This document shows, piece by piece, positions 39,769 through 53,300 of a stretch of DNA of 64,000 bases. Positions within the stretch are counted from its first letter, which is position 1, and each line of letters starts with the position of its first letter. The position numbers were made by a program, and so were the translations under genes. The DNA comes from Adineta vaga (lineage: Eukaryota > Animalia > Rotifera): assembly GCA_021613535.1 (NCBI GenBank), contig CP075497.1:7626001-7690000 (forward strand). The letters are read 5' to 3'. The notes under the pieces are model-generated. The model was not told the origin of the DNA. It was given only the letters and a program-made list of their open reading frames with translations, and did no database searches.

Positions 39769-41785
39769 AGTGATATTTTAATATTTAAAAAAAAATTATA
39801 TCTAGATAAAGAAAAAACATCAGTTTTCTTTTCTCTATCTGTTATCTATCATTTCACTGGAAACGCACATGGTTACATTACATATGACTCAGCTGATGAT
39901 ATCATTTGCTTATCTTTCAGCCATATTAACAGTGTTCAATGCCTTTATTCGTTTTTTAAACAAAAGATGGTGCTAACTGAAATCTTCAACTAAAGTGAAA
40001 AAAAATTCTATTTAAAAAATAATACAAATGACGTTGTATCGAAATGTACATCGGGATGATGATATAAAATGTCCTTTTACGATTTTCTTGTGCAAATAGG
40101 ACATTGGATTCTTATTTACCTTTGTTTTTCTTTCATTTTACTGATAATAAACTAAAAGAATATGTTTGTTTGTCGATTCACATGAAAATTAAATGCGTTT
40201 TAATATTTATACTTTGACCTATTATGGGATCTAATGTTTCATAAAAGTATTTCACGATTGACTTCATTATATGTATTTAAACGAATATTCATTCGGCATT
40301 CATTCATGAAAATGATTGATCTGATATCTATGCAACGATATATGTATTTTATGACAAAGTTCTATCCAGATGACAAGTAGACATATATCTTTTCGAAGTC
40401 GAATGTCTAAGATAAATGACATTGTTTTGATGACGCTGATTGATAAGAAAATACATGTATGAGAAGTCAATAATGAATTCCTTTTAAATATCCAGGACTT
40501 TTTATTATTATTATTGTAATTATTGATCGTATCCTATTGTTCATGTAACAATCGTTTTTTGTTAACAAATATATTTTGATTTTTTTTTATTATAATATTT
40601 GGCATTGAAAGAGTATTACAGTTGATGCGGAAACTAACGTAACGAATAGGACAAAGGTTTTACGCTAATGATGTTGTTTTTAGAAAAAATCTATGCTCAA
40701 CATAGAATTCTAAAATTAACTTTGCTTAGATACGTTTTTGTTTCCAAAGCTTATCTAATCATAAACAACTCTCGGAAGGCCTTGAGAAATTCATTCACAA
40801 TCCTATATGCATTTATTTTAACATGTCATACATATTTTAAATTACATATATCTTTGACTTAAAGCAATAATTTTATCACATTCAATTCCGACACTTTCAG
40901 GCTGCATATACATAAAGCATCACTACATCTTCAATATAATTAACGACATGAATGTATACGCATCAATGTATTTTCATAGAATTTTTTTTCTTGAACAAAA
41001 AAGACAAAATTGAATCTTTGAAGAAACATTCTTTTCAATATAAATCAAATCTCTGTAATTCTACAGTTACTTTCAAAAGCATATATTTAGTTTTGTCAAA
41101 ATACAACGATAATTATTCAGTCACGTTCTGTTTTTCTACATCCCTGTTTCTCAGTTGTCCCAGTAACATTTTTCAATGTTTCAAACGCAAAAAAAAACAG
41201 CAGAAGGCAAAATGTATTCATACAGTTACCTCTGTAAACATTCTTCGAAAAGGAAGAAAAAAACGTTGTAAAATTCAGAATGAAAAATTCCTTCAGTCAC
41301 ATTTCTACAGTTATATAAACGAAGACAAGTATGTATAGACAATAACAGATACTTCAGTATAATAAGTGCTGAAATTTTCTCACCAACGTCCTTGAAAAAA
41401 ATCATTTTGAATAATTTCCGTTAGAATATGAGATTCAATAATAATGATCCATTCAAAGATGACAAAGGGATGAAAATTTCAGAAAAAATTGCGTGTTTGT
41501 TAAATGATGTTGAATAAAAAGAAAAAAAAGTAATTTCTAAGCAAAAATTATGAAAAATCACGAGTTTTCGTTCTGTAATCATATCGATACATGTAACTTG
41601 TGAATCATATATATTTCAATGTCATATACTGTTTCGCCGAAAATTTGCCTATACAACGGCATATAATCTTTCGTTACACCATTTTCATATTTATTCAATG
41701 ACTTCACGATTTAAATAAGTCAACAAATGTTTCTCTTTCTTTTCTAGATCGATTCATTTTGTTTTTATTTCATTGAGAAAATCAA

Positions 41786-41971
41786 ATGGCATCACAAGCA
41801 GGACGAAACAGTGTCCGCGAGGATTCTCATCATAATCAATTTTCTAACAACAATGGTCAAGACGATCAAAAAAGCAGTAAACAAAATACATACGATACTT
41901 ACAATGAAGAAAATCAAGATCGAATGTTTGGTGAAAGTAGATATCCACCAATAGAGAGACCACCGCATTAG
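41786..41971 (+). CDS. Putative small hydrophilic peptide (61 aa)
   Basis: aaaATGG start context, upstream acceptor tttctag at ~41747, coding-like composition against very AT-rich flanks, aataaa at ~42111. Confidence 0.45.
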   Translation: MASQAGRNSVREDSHHNQFSNNNGQDDQKSSKQNTYDTYNEENQDRMFGESRYPPIERPPH

Positions 41972-44574
41972 ATTCAAATGCTCATAAAACATCGAAAACG
42001 AAAAAGAAAAACAGCAAGAAAAAATGTGTCATTTCGTGAATCTTATGTTCCATTTATGATTTCACTTTTTAATGTATAGTAATATATAAAGAAAAGGTTT
42101 ATGAATTTCAAATAAATAGTTTCCTGAATAAATCTTAAAAAAATAAGAGTACTCAATCGAAAGCTGATTAATATTTCTATCATTCAACAAAAGAAATCAT
42201 TATTTTTCTATTATGAAAAGATGCACCTAACTACTATTTATAGAAAAAAACCTTGAAAAAAAATCTATTTTAATAAGTATTTGCTAATATCAATGAGGAA
42301 ATCAACTTGTTTCTTTTGTCAACCATATTCTCATTGTTCCTGTTGATTAAGATCAAGGTCAAATAACATGTTCATTTCTTCTTATTATATATAAATGTTT
42401 CAGACATAAATATTGAGATGTTCTTGACGAATTGCAAAGATTGTCTTTCATTCTTAATATCTAATTACTATTTTCTTTTCCTTAAACCAATATCGATACT
42501 CGAGGCAAACTATTTATTTATTTATTCTTCGAATATGTTTATTCGAACTTTGAATTCAAAAGTTATGATTAATACTTTTCGATCAAGCGAACAAATATGT
42601 CTTTACACATAAAATAATCTGACATTTTCATAGTCTACAGAAATCAAATGATTCAAACAAGATTCTCAATACATGTCTACACAGCATAGATGATATTTCC
42701 AAATGTTGATCATATCGATTACATGCATATTTGACGATAACTTATATGACACACGCATCATTGAAACTGAAAACGATTGACAACTTGTTTTGTCTTTGAT
42801 TAAAATATGTCATTGACAATCGATGTTTATATATAATGACCAAATAGTTGAAATATCAGAATGAAATGAGATGATTCTTGTTTGTTGAATAAATAGAAAG
42901 ATCAATAAATAAATAAATCTTGATATTGAAATTCATCAATGAATAGTTCGATTAAAGATATGAATTGATAAGAAATTCTTTGAGACATTTATTTGATAAA
43001 AATATATCCTTCGATTGGTCTGATATCATGCAAATTATTTGAAATAGTTGTACTTTTTAATGTATAGATGTTAAATGAGAATATAACTATTTAGCTATGT
43101 GTCCGCAAACCATGCGTAAAAATTGCATTTTTTTAATAAAATAGGTAACATAACGAATATCTTATTCTTGCTGTCTAGTTATTTAAAACTCTTCGTTACA
43201 ATGGAAAACTAATCGTACGTATTAAATCGTGAGTTAATTTTCATTCGATATAAGAATATTTCTTCTTAGTTTATTATTATAAACAACGAAAAGTAATCAT
43301 GATTCTATACTGTACAACAATCGAAATAATGTTTAAAAAAAACACATTCTAATGTTGTCTTAAATATTTCATGAAGACAATACCTTTCAATCAATTGAAC
43401 ATTAGTCGAATAGAAATTGAAAAGCAATTTTTCATTATTTCAATTTTAAATTGATATCAATAACTTCTCACAAGATTTTTCTAGAAGAAGAAGAAAAGAA
43501 AAACATAACAATAGGTTTTTATCTCTTTAATTTTCAATATGTATTTCTTGTTGTTGATTACATCAGATTCTTCTCGAGAAAGTGTTGCTTGATAAGACAA
43601 TACATGCGCTTGGATAAGTTCGATTATTTATCTTGTCAAGTCATTAGATCAGATAACTGCAATGTTCTTCTAGTTGATCAAGTTTTATTCACTATCACAT
43701 CTGACGCATTGTACATATTGAACATTCTTACATCATTTGATATCGTTTTTTCTCTTGAAAAAAAACCCCCACATAAAACTGATTTAATGTGTGAAGACAC
43801 ATACACACGAAGGTGATATTAAGGTTTAATTTTCTATCAAACATGCGATCTATCGATATGTTATTTTCGATTTTATATACGTATAATTGTGTAGAAATCT
43901 AAAACAAGTTATCATATATATTTGAAAGTGTAGAAACAAAACAATTTGTTTATCATTCTTGAAAGTTTCAATAGAATTGTTTTAATCAAAAGAACAAATG
44001 TAATATCCCTTGACAATTATTTTAATGCTTTTCGTTTTTCTTTGTCTGAACTTATGCTTAAAATACAAGAGTAAGTATGTCGATGAATTCTATAGAGGAC
44101 AGACATGAATTGATTTTAATGTTATTGACCATCAATACGATTAAATTGCTCAGTCTCCTCCCTTCAATGATGTTGATATAATTTGATTTTTTTCTTCATC
44201 CGAAGTTCAGTAAGAGAAAATATCCTTTTGTCCTTTTTTCATACTTATCGTTATTCATACAGGTTAGTCTTATTCTCTTTCTCTTCCCTTCCCTCCCTTT
44301 CCATCCTTATTATTCGTTTTCGAACTACGGATCAAACAATATTTGACAAGAAAAAAACGACGTTGAACAGTGTTTGTACTGATCGAAAGGTAAAAGCTGT
44401 TTTCTCTTCATTCATTAAAACTTTTAATTATAGTTATTGACTAGTGAACAGAACAAGATAAAGTGTAAATATCGATATATTCTTTATCTTAATCTAGATT
44501 GTCTCACATAAATCATTCCTGTATCATATTGAACAGAAAAAGTTTCATGATTATATTCATTTGATTCGAAACAA

Positions 44575-47500
44575 ATGCATTTACTGAACAGATTTATCTC
44601 TATTCATCTAATCCTTCAAATATATTTTTGTCAATCTCAAATATATTCCAAAGATGTTCATACTGATGGTATGAATTCCAATACGACGAAATCATTAAAC
44701 GACACGTTAACTATCGGTAAGTTGTTGAATACATTACTATAAAGAGTTGCACTAGTGACTCTCATATATATATATGTATATATTCTTATTTGGAAGTTCA
44801 AGTAGATGATGGAGTGTCTGTTCTATTTGATAATCATGAAAATCTATTCATCTATTCATTGATCACATAGATTTTGTTTCCATTTAGACAATTTATCTAC
44901 AGAAGATTCAGTGAATATCAATCGTGAAATATCTCAAATTATTATTGAATATCCGTTGACAACAAATATACGTACGAAATATGTCACTGATGAAGAAGAT
45001 TACACTATAAATGAATCAATTACGTTTACAATACAAACTAATCAACAAAGATTACAATCGATAACCATTCTTGCTGGTTTTGCTTATGAAAATATTAATT
45101 ATGTATTTAATATCGAGGTTTGATTTTGCTTTGAAACAAACTCTTTTTTTTTTAGTTTCTTTTTTCTTTTTAGAATAATCGATTGAAAATTATCTTCTCA
45201 CAAGATAAGTTACCTGATCTAATATTAACATCAAGAAATGATTCACTATTAATCAACAATGGACAATGGCATCGAATAAATATTGAACGATCAAATCATA
45301 CGGTTTGATATTTTGTCTAATCGAAAAAACATCGATCAGTTATGCAGTTCTTTTTAGTTACGATTTATTCTTGATGGTATTGAACAATCTACTATAGAAT
45401 TATCTAATGAATGGCAAACAAAAACTAATATCTTCATTGGAAGTGAACTAACACCTGTTCCTAATAACGATTACAATGGTAGAATTGCTGACGTAAGTCT
45501 ATCATAATCCAGCATTATTTGAAGACAAAAAGGCTAATGCGTACACATATTCAAGATATATATGTAAACGAATTATAATTGATGTATATTGGTAGTTAAG
45601 TGGATTTTTGTACAAACTGTTGTTGAAGAAGAAGAAGAAGACAGACAGACAGATATTTTTAATACAAATTCATTTAGTGACAGACGATAGACTGATAGGA
45701 CTATTCTGGGATGTCTAAACAAGATTGAATATGATATAATTGATAGATCAAGGCAAAAGAAGATAGAATCTCCTCTAACAGAAGTACATTGCCTTGAAGA
45801 TACATAGACAGTCAATGTTGGTTCAAAGAATATTCGATATATACATGAAAATTTTCAATATCAATTGTTTTGTTTATCTTTTCATTGATGGACAATATTT
45901 ATTTACAATCAAAAGAAATGAATGTTTACATAGATTTATGTAGCTATAATCTTTTATCTTTCAAACATCTACATGTCATAATTATTGTTTTTCTTTATCT
46001 AATTAGATTATCGTTAGTAATACAGGTCAATTTTTGATTCTTCGTGAAGAAGATCATTCAGATGAACATTTCAAAGATTCATCAAAGAAAAATCAATCGA
46101 AATCATCTCATAGCATTGCTTTTTTACCCAATGATAATCATGAAATTATCCTTCCATTATCGACAAATTCTTCGTTTTATAGTTTATCATTTTCATTTCG
46201 AACATATTCAAATATCAGTACACTTTTACATTCCAAAAATCTTGATTTAAATCTTGATATTGACGGTTATTTAATATTAGTTATTCGAAATCAATCAACC
46301 CAAAGAATCTTTTCATCTGATACACCAAATCCAATTAATGATGGAAATCTTTATGTCATACACTTGGAATTAATCAATCAAACTCTTCAAGTATGGATCA
46401 ATATCAACAAAACAATCTCGATAGAACTTTCATCATCTTTAATCATTCCAAATTTTATCTTTGGTTGGCAAAATCAATTTCTTGGTTGTATAGAAAATGT
46501 GACTTATAATAATCAATTAATCACATTTAAACATATACCATTTAATCGTCAAAAATGTCCATCGAATAGTCTTCTTTTAAAATCTCTCTTCAATGTCTAT
46601 ATTGATCAAATCATATCGTTTGAAGAATATGATCGTCCAATTGTTATCATTCTTGATCAACCGAAAAAATTCTCAACATTTTCATTTTCGTTTTATACTC
46701 AAGAATCTAATGGAATTATTTGTTCATTAATTGATCAAAATTATGAAAACTTCCTTATCTTAAGTATTCGTCGTGAACATTTCATTTTAACTTATATTAA
46801 TCAATATCACGAACGAATCGAAATATCTATGAATAAAACAATTAATGATCAAATTGAACATGAATTTTCAATACGATTAATAAATAAAGATGAATTATTA
46901 TTTCAATTAGATGATAATCGAATAATGAAGACGATGTTTAATGTATTTTATATTCAAACGATTTATTTGGGAAAATTAGATGGTTTTGTTAAAGAAAAAT
47001 ATTATGATTTAGATCGAGAAGATTTTCTTGGTTGTCTAAAGGATATTCTATTAAATGAACAATCAGTAATCAAATTGGAACATATCTATCGATCAAATCG
47101 ATTGGGAGATACTTGCCGATTAACAAAACGTGGACGTAAGTTAATAAACAAAAAGGAACGTTCTTTTTTCTCTCTCTCTCTCGCTTTCGTCCCTAAACGA
47201 TTCTGTGTAAATATTCATTAGTTAGGTTTAAATTGTTCATCGGAGTATTCAATTTCTCGAATAAGTTCAATGGAGTGTAACGAGAAAATGAATTTGTTGA
47301 AGATTAATTAAGAAAATCTATGAAACGGAACAATAAATTTAATCTTAATTTCCTTCAATTTGTTTAGTTATCATAAATACATATATATATATATATATAT
47401 GTATACAAATGAGAAGAGAAAGTAAATTTGAAAATTGTTGATTTAACCTTGATAGATAAAATTGTGACATAATATAGTTGATATTCATTTTCACGGCTAT

Positions 47501-48887
47501 TTTCTACCTATCAAAATCGATCCATATCAGATTAATTTTGTTTGTTCTAGGCAAAAATTTCATATCATATATGTCAACAGAGATAAGTTTTTCTGTTCGC
47601 GATGATCATGATATAATTGAAGTAGAAATTCCCTTCAATGAAGAATTTTATCAATGTCAATTATCGATTAAAACTCGATCATTAAATGGTATTATTCTCT
47701 CAATGTATTCTGATGATGATTATACGTTTGTTTTCTATTTAAACAATGGCAAACTTGTTTGGAAATATCATTCATATGATTATACGATTTCGGAAGTTAT
47801 CTTTCAGGATCATCAAACGATTAATGATGGACAACAACATGATATTTTCATATCCAGACAGATATCAAAACTAACTTCATATAAGAATATGTATATAGAA
47901 ATAGATCAACGCGGCAGTCAAATATCATTGCCTTCATCTTCCTTATTATTTTTTGATGTTCTTACAATTGGTGGTTCACATCGAGAAATGTCGACAAGTA
48001 ATTTACTTGTTGGATGTTTTGCTAATCTGACATATAATCATCAATCATTATTACCTGAAGGAATTGTGAAATTTGATCGGTATGATTGTTTTTATGAACA
48101 AGATTCAATTTGTGACAAACAAATCCCTTGTGAACATGTTCAATCTTTTCAATTCTGTGGTCAAATCGATTGTTCGGTTGTATGTTCACCGTCGACACTT
48201 GATATTAATAAAAAAGGACTTGTTCGATATTTTTCTGATATTGAATCAGGTGAATATGAACAAATATATTTAACAATATTTACGACAGCAGGCAATTCAA
48301 CTTTATATGTCACACAGAATGGTTCGATTCAAGTATCAATTATCCTTCAAGTGAATTCATACGCGAATCGAAAAATTTCTTTTTTTTAATTAAATTTCCG
48401 TCAACATTTAGGATTATTATCCACGTTTAATCATTCAAAATGGTGGAATAATTTATACATATGATTTTCCTGGACGTGTACGAAATGATCAATGGCATTT
48501 ATTACAATGTCAAAAAACATTAAATACAGTATATTAATTTCGTTGTTGTCATCATTATCACTCATACAATCGTTTTTCTTTTCCTTGTTTTTTATAGATT
48601 GATTTAACATTTGATGAAGAAACTCGACATTATACAAATTTTACTGAACATTTTACTTTGTTTGCTGATAATTTAATTCATATATGCGGAGGAAATTTTA
48701 ATGGATATATTCAAGATGTAAGTGAAGACATAGAAGAAAAAGATTTTCATTGAATTTCTTTTTTAATAGATTATACTTACAGCGGATAATCATTACGAAA
48801 ATTTAATACAAAATTCGATTCATAATCCTGGATTAATCGATTATGATCGAAGTGTTACTTGGAATAATCGTGCCAACATACCTGAAT
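44575..48887 (+). CDS. Signal peptide plus five laminin-G domains; probable 5' part of a long isoform of the downstream EGF-TM-WD40 gene
   Basis: MHLLNRFISIHLILQIYFCQS; LamG hallmarks NNGQWHRINI, NDGNLYVIHL/FLGCIENV, NDQIEHEFSI/FLGCLKDI, NDGQQHDIFI/LVGCFANL, NDQWHLLQ/FNGYIQD. Last clear exon ends at a phase-1 donor (48888) with no TM or convincing stop exon. Confidence 0.8.
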
Positions 48888-49419
48888 GTAAGTTTTATCA
48901 ATATGTAAAACTAGACATTGATGACTAGAAGCCTTTCGTGTACTCGTTTTTTTTTCTTTTCGATCAACATCTACATGTGTATATATATATATGCATACAT
49001 ATTTGCTCAGGTGATCTAAGATCATTGCTGTTAATAAATTTTTTACTCGCGATTGAATGTACGCAAGTGTGGATATCGCCTTGAAGTTTGATTCAATCGA
49101 GGTGGCGACGACAATGTCAAGAGAGTTGCGACGACGCTTGATGGTTGTGAAGGAGAGAGAGAGAGAATATAGATGTAGATGAATGTGCATTTCGACAAAC
49201 TTGTCGTTCCTGTTGGCGCATATTCGTAACAAATTTTTTTTGCACATGCCCGCGCTTTTATTTTTTTTTCTTTGTCTTTTCTACATCAAATAATATTACT
49301 AACATCCCAATTCAAACAACACAAACGTGCGCTCATATATATACACGATCGTTCTTATGTGTAGTTCGTGTACGTTTTTTTAATGTTAATAAGAAGTTTT
49401 TTTTTCTGTTCCTTTAGTC

Positions 49420-50360
49420 TCTCCCTCTCTCTCTTCCCTTCATTCTTTTTCTTCTTTCCTTTTGTACGTGTGCTTGAGCACATACATACATGCACAGTTA
49501 ACATATATACAGAAAAGTAAAAGAAAAAAAGACTGTAGGAAGAGAACGACAATGAGGACAACGACTTCTGATTTCAGTATTACCAGTGTTAATAAAGAGA
49601 GAGAGAAAGAAATAGATAGAAAACAGTTGAGATGTTGTTAGTATAACATCTTCCTTTGCTTCGTTGATGTAGTTGTTCTTACTAATGCGATATATTACTA
49701 AGCATTCTACTTTTATAGCTTTCCTCTCTGTATTACTCATACATAGTTGATTTTTCTCGATATATTTCTCTCTTTCTCTTTTCTCTGCCATCAATAGCGT
49801 CGCCGCCATTTTGCGGTTTGCTGTTTGTTTGCGTCTTACGCCATTCCTCTCTTTTTCTCTGTCTCTGTCTCCGTCTCTGTCTCTTATTTCTTCTTGTGTT
49901 TCTATTACTCCTGCATCGAGAGAGAGGGAGAGAGGGAAAGAAAAGTGGGAGGAGGAGGAGAAAAGAGACGAGCTCAAAACGATATTCACCATCATCAATC
50001 GACACCGGCTATTGCATTATTCGAATTATTATTGGCAAAGGACTTTCTTTTCTTCAAGTCTTTTTCATCTCTATCTCTATCTTTGACTTTTATCGTTTGC
50101 TATCATCGTCGTTATTGTTTCATTCTTGATATATATATATATATATATATACAGTTACGATTCTCAACAACTACATATTACTCATCGACCTTGCTAAGAA
50201 AAGCAAAGAGTACAAAAAATATATATACATATATACATATATATATTCAACGTTAGTCGTCGTTTGTAATGATGTGATTCATCCATCCGTGCATTCATTG
50301 ATATAAGAGTTACACGCTTCTTTTTCATCGCTTTTTTTGTTATATTCATTATTACGTACA
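49420..50360 (+). promoter_or_regulatory. CT/GA- and TA-rich putative internal promoter with YY1/Pho-type motif (gccgccatttt at ~49802-49812)
   Basis: Perfect YY1 core among GAGA/CTCT tracts directly upstream of the signal-peptide exon at 50361. Function is inferred. Confidence 0.35.
50128..50151 (+). repeat. (TA)n microsatellite (similar tracts at ~47381-47400, ~52043-52061, ~62118-62136)
   Basis: Seen directly. Confidence 0.85.
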
Positions 50361-53300
50361 ATGAAATTCTTCGCTTCGTTACTATTGATTATCACTATAA
50401 CCGAAGCTGCACCTTCTCGATCGTCTCAATATGATGCACGACCAGGCGGCAACATGCCGTGTTACCTTGGCTGTTGTAAGTGTAACAATCTTTTTTCTAT
50501 GAATTTTTTTTTATTGTATATTTTTTCTATGAAGAAAACTTTTGGTTCATTGGACATATAAATATATATAATCTGTTTAAGGGACACCTTGTGAACGAAT
50601 CCAATGTCTTAATGGTGGTTATTGTATACAGCCCGCCTCACAAACAGGTTTAGCTCATTGTCAATGCCCTTCGAAGTTTACAGGATATCGCTGTGAACAA
50701 GCAGGTAAACAGTTCTCAACTTTTCTTTCTTGCTTTGATAATACACGCTGAGTATATGCCATTTGTCGTCAACGGGATAATGATGTCGGAGCCGGTGATA
50801 AGACCTTGAGAAATAAATAGATCAGCCTGTGTATTATGTGCGTATATATGTGTATGTGTGTGCGTGTGTGTGAGAAGGATTACATATTCTATCGTTGATA
50901 TTATCTCTTGCTCTTTCCCTTCTTCTGAGCATCAAGGTAACTATGCAAACAAAAGCATTATACGTGCAAGTAAAAAAGCTAATTTGAGTCAAGGTTCTTC
51001 TTTTCCTCTATCTTCTTCTTTTATCTTTCAATTAATTTTGTTGCTTTTCATTTTTCTTTTAGCCGTAATAGTTGATCCATGTTCAACTTATCAATGTAAT
51101 CATGGCACTTGTAACAAAGATCGTAACAGTCAACCATATTGTTCATGTTATGAAGGTTATGGTGGTTCACGTTGTGAAACTCAAATTGGTATGTTAAAAT
51201 ATAAACGAGCTTAGATGATTAATAGAAGTCAAGAAGTATTAGTCGAGTAGTCATTTTTCTTCGACTGATTCCAAGGTGATGCAACAATAACTAACGATCG
51301 AATTCCATTAGTGAATAGAATAAAGAATGAAGACGAGAAAATTAGGATACATTTTTGACTGGCACATGTATGGAGACATACATCAATCATTGTCTTTCGA
51401 GTAAAAGTTGTGGTCAGTCTTTGTCTTCTTATCATTACTTATGTATAAATGTCGCTGAGTTAAGACAAAAAGAGCGAAGAAGAAATTTCAAAAGAATAAC
51501 ATTTGGATAAAAAGATCGGTGACAGCATCTCGTTCATAATGATAGAATGCAAACAAAGACAGACAGATGTTTGGTCTTTGAATAATAGACTAATAATTAC
51601 ATATTGGATGCCTTCATAAGCTAAACGAGTTCATCAGTTGATTATAAGAAAGAGAAGGAAAATTGATCAATACTAAAATAGGATATGATTGTGCAAGGGC
51701 TTGCATAATTCTATCCAAATGTTTATCTCTCTATCGAGCGATCAACACTAGTTCGTATTTCTTTCTCTCTGCCTCGTTTCTTTTTATATACTACCCTGTC
51801 ATTGCACCTCCTCTTCAAAGATATAATTCAACATTATATTCAAGGTAATAAGTTGTCGTCGTCCATTTTTTACATCACATTGCGCCATGCTGTGTATGTA
51901 CGTACACGAAAAAGTAACATTATGCAAATTTCTCTTGATTGAACATGAACATGTGTATATGTATACCGTTAGAATCGGACAAAAAAAATCATACTCACGC
52001 ACACATGAGTTGCACGCACGCTCAGCTGGTCAAATATATACATATATATATATATATATATGCGAATATGTATACTCGTTCTTATTTTAATTGAACTAGT
52101 CCCTACTCTTCAATTTGCATAATGAAAAAAAGATTTCTATACATTGATATATTTATATGTAGAAGTAAAGAAAACAAAAGCTATAGATGATAATGATAAT
52201 GATATCTATTATAAAAGAATTAATTAAACAGAAAAGTTAATCGAATTTTGTATGTGAAAAAGACGAGTATAAGTTCTACTTAGATCCTTGTGCTCGAGTC
52301 AATTGTAACTACGGACGATGTGAATTGGTTCGTAGTACACCAGTTTGTCGATGTTATCAAGGTTATACAGGTCAAGAATGTCTCACAACAATTGGTGAGT
52401 TTCGTGTGTTTGTTTTTTAGAGTGTTTTCTTACGATGTAGTTGGATTTGCTTTGGTAGTTTATAGAAGACAAAATCGACAAACTGCTAGAATTCCTAGAA
52501 ATACTTTTTTCTTCTTCTATGTAATCATTTCGTTTATTTATCTCTGAAGATGCATGTGCTCGAGTATCATGCAACTATGGTTCATGTATCAATGAAGGTG
52601 CATCATACAGATGTGAATGCCAGCGAGGTTATGAAGGTTCAGCATGTGATCGACAAGTCGATCCATGCGCAAGTTTTGTTTGTTATAATGGAGGTATATG
52701 TCATGCACAAGCAAGTAATCAACCAGTGTGCCAATGTGCACATGGTTATCGAGGAGCGAATTGTTATGAAGCAGAGGGTAGGTGATCAGATTCACGAATG
52801 ATCAACGAAAAATATGTTCGCATGAATTCAACGAACAAACGCATGTTGATCTTTGCTCTCTCTCGCTCTCTTTCTCTCTGTCTTTCTCTGTTATGCCTTC
52901 GATCAATTAGACACCTGTCATAATATTACGTGTAATTATGAACAGTGTCTACTTAATCAGCATGATCAAACATTTGACCTGTGAATGTTTGCGTTACTAT
53001 GAAGATGTTCAATGTGTTTGGATGAATTCCGAATGTTTGATTGTTATGAATAGACAGTTGACATACGTGTTCTGTAAATAGAAAGAAGAAGAAAAGAATG
53101 GCACTATTCTAAGGCTTCACTAAAGCAGTAAAAATCAGCTTCTATTCAATCTAACAATTCCATGTACTTGAAAAAATAGTTTTTTTTTCATATCCGTCTT
53201 GCAACAAGAATAGAAATAATAATCCTAATACATATGAATGTATTATTTTTATTATTTAATTGAAGATCAAGTTTGTTTTGATTTTATTGTTCTTCACTGC

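Noticed and set aside
40668-44440. Scattered 60-130 aa ORFs in AT-rich intergenic DNA, other than 41786-41971
   Set aside because: F/I/K/L-biased composition typical of random AT-rich frames; no splice structure.
49011-49084. Possible terminal exon for a stand-alone LamG gene (CDLRSLLL...WISP*)
   Set aside because: Phase-compatible but not domain-like, so not called; kept as the alternative to the long-isoform model.
49355-50256. Cluster of overlapping ORFs on both strands (68-166 aa)
   Set aside because: They arise from CT/GA/TA low-complexity tracts (SLSLS, RERER) with no domain signal.
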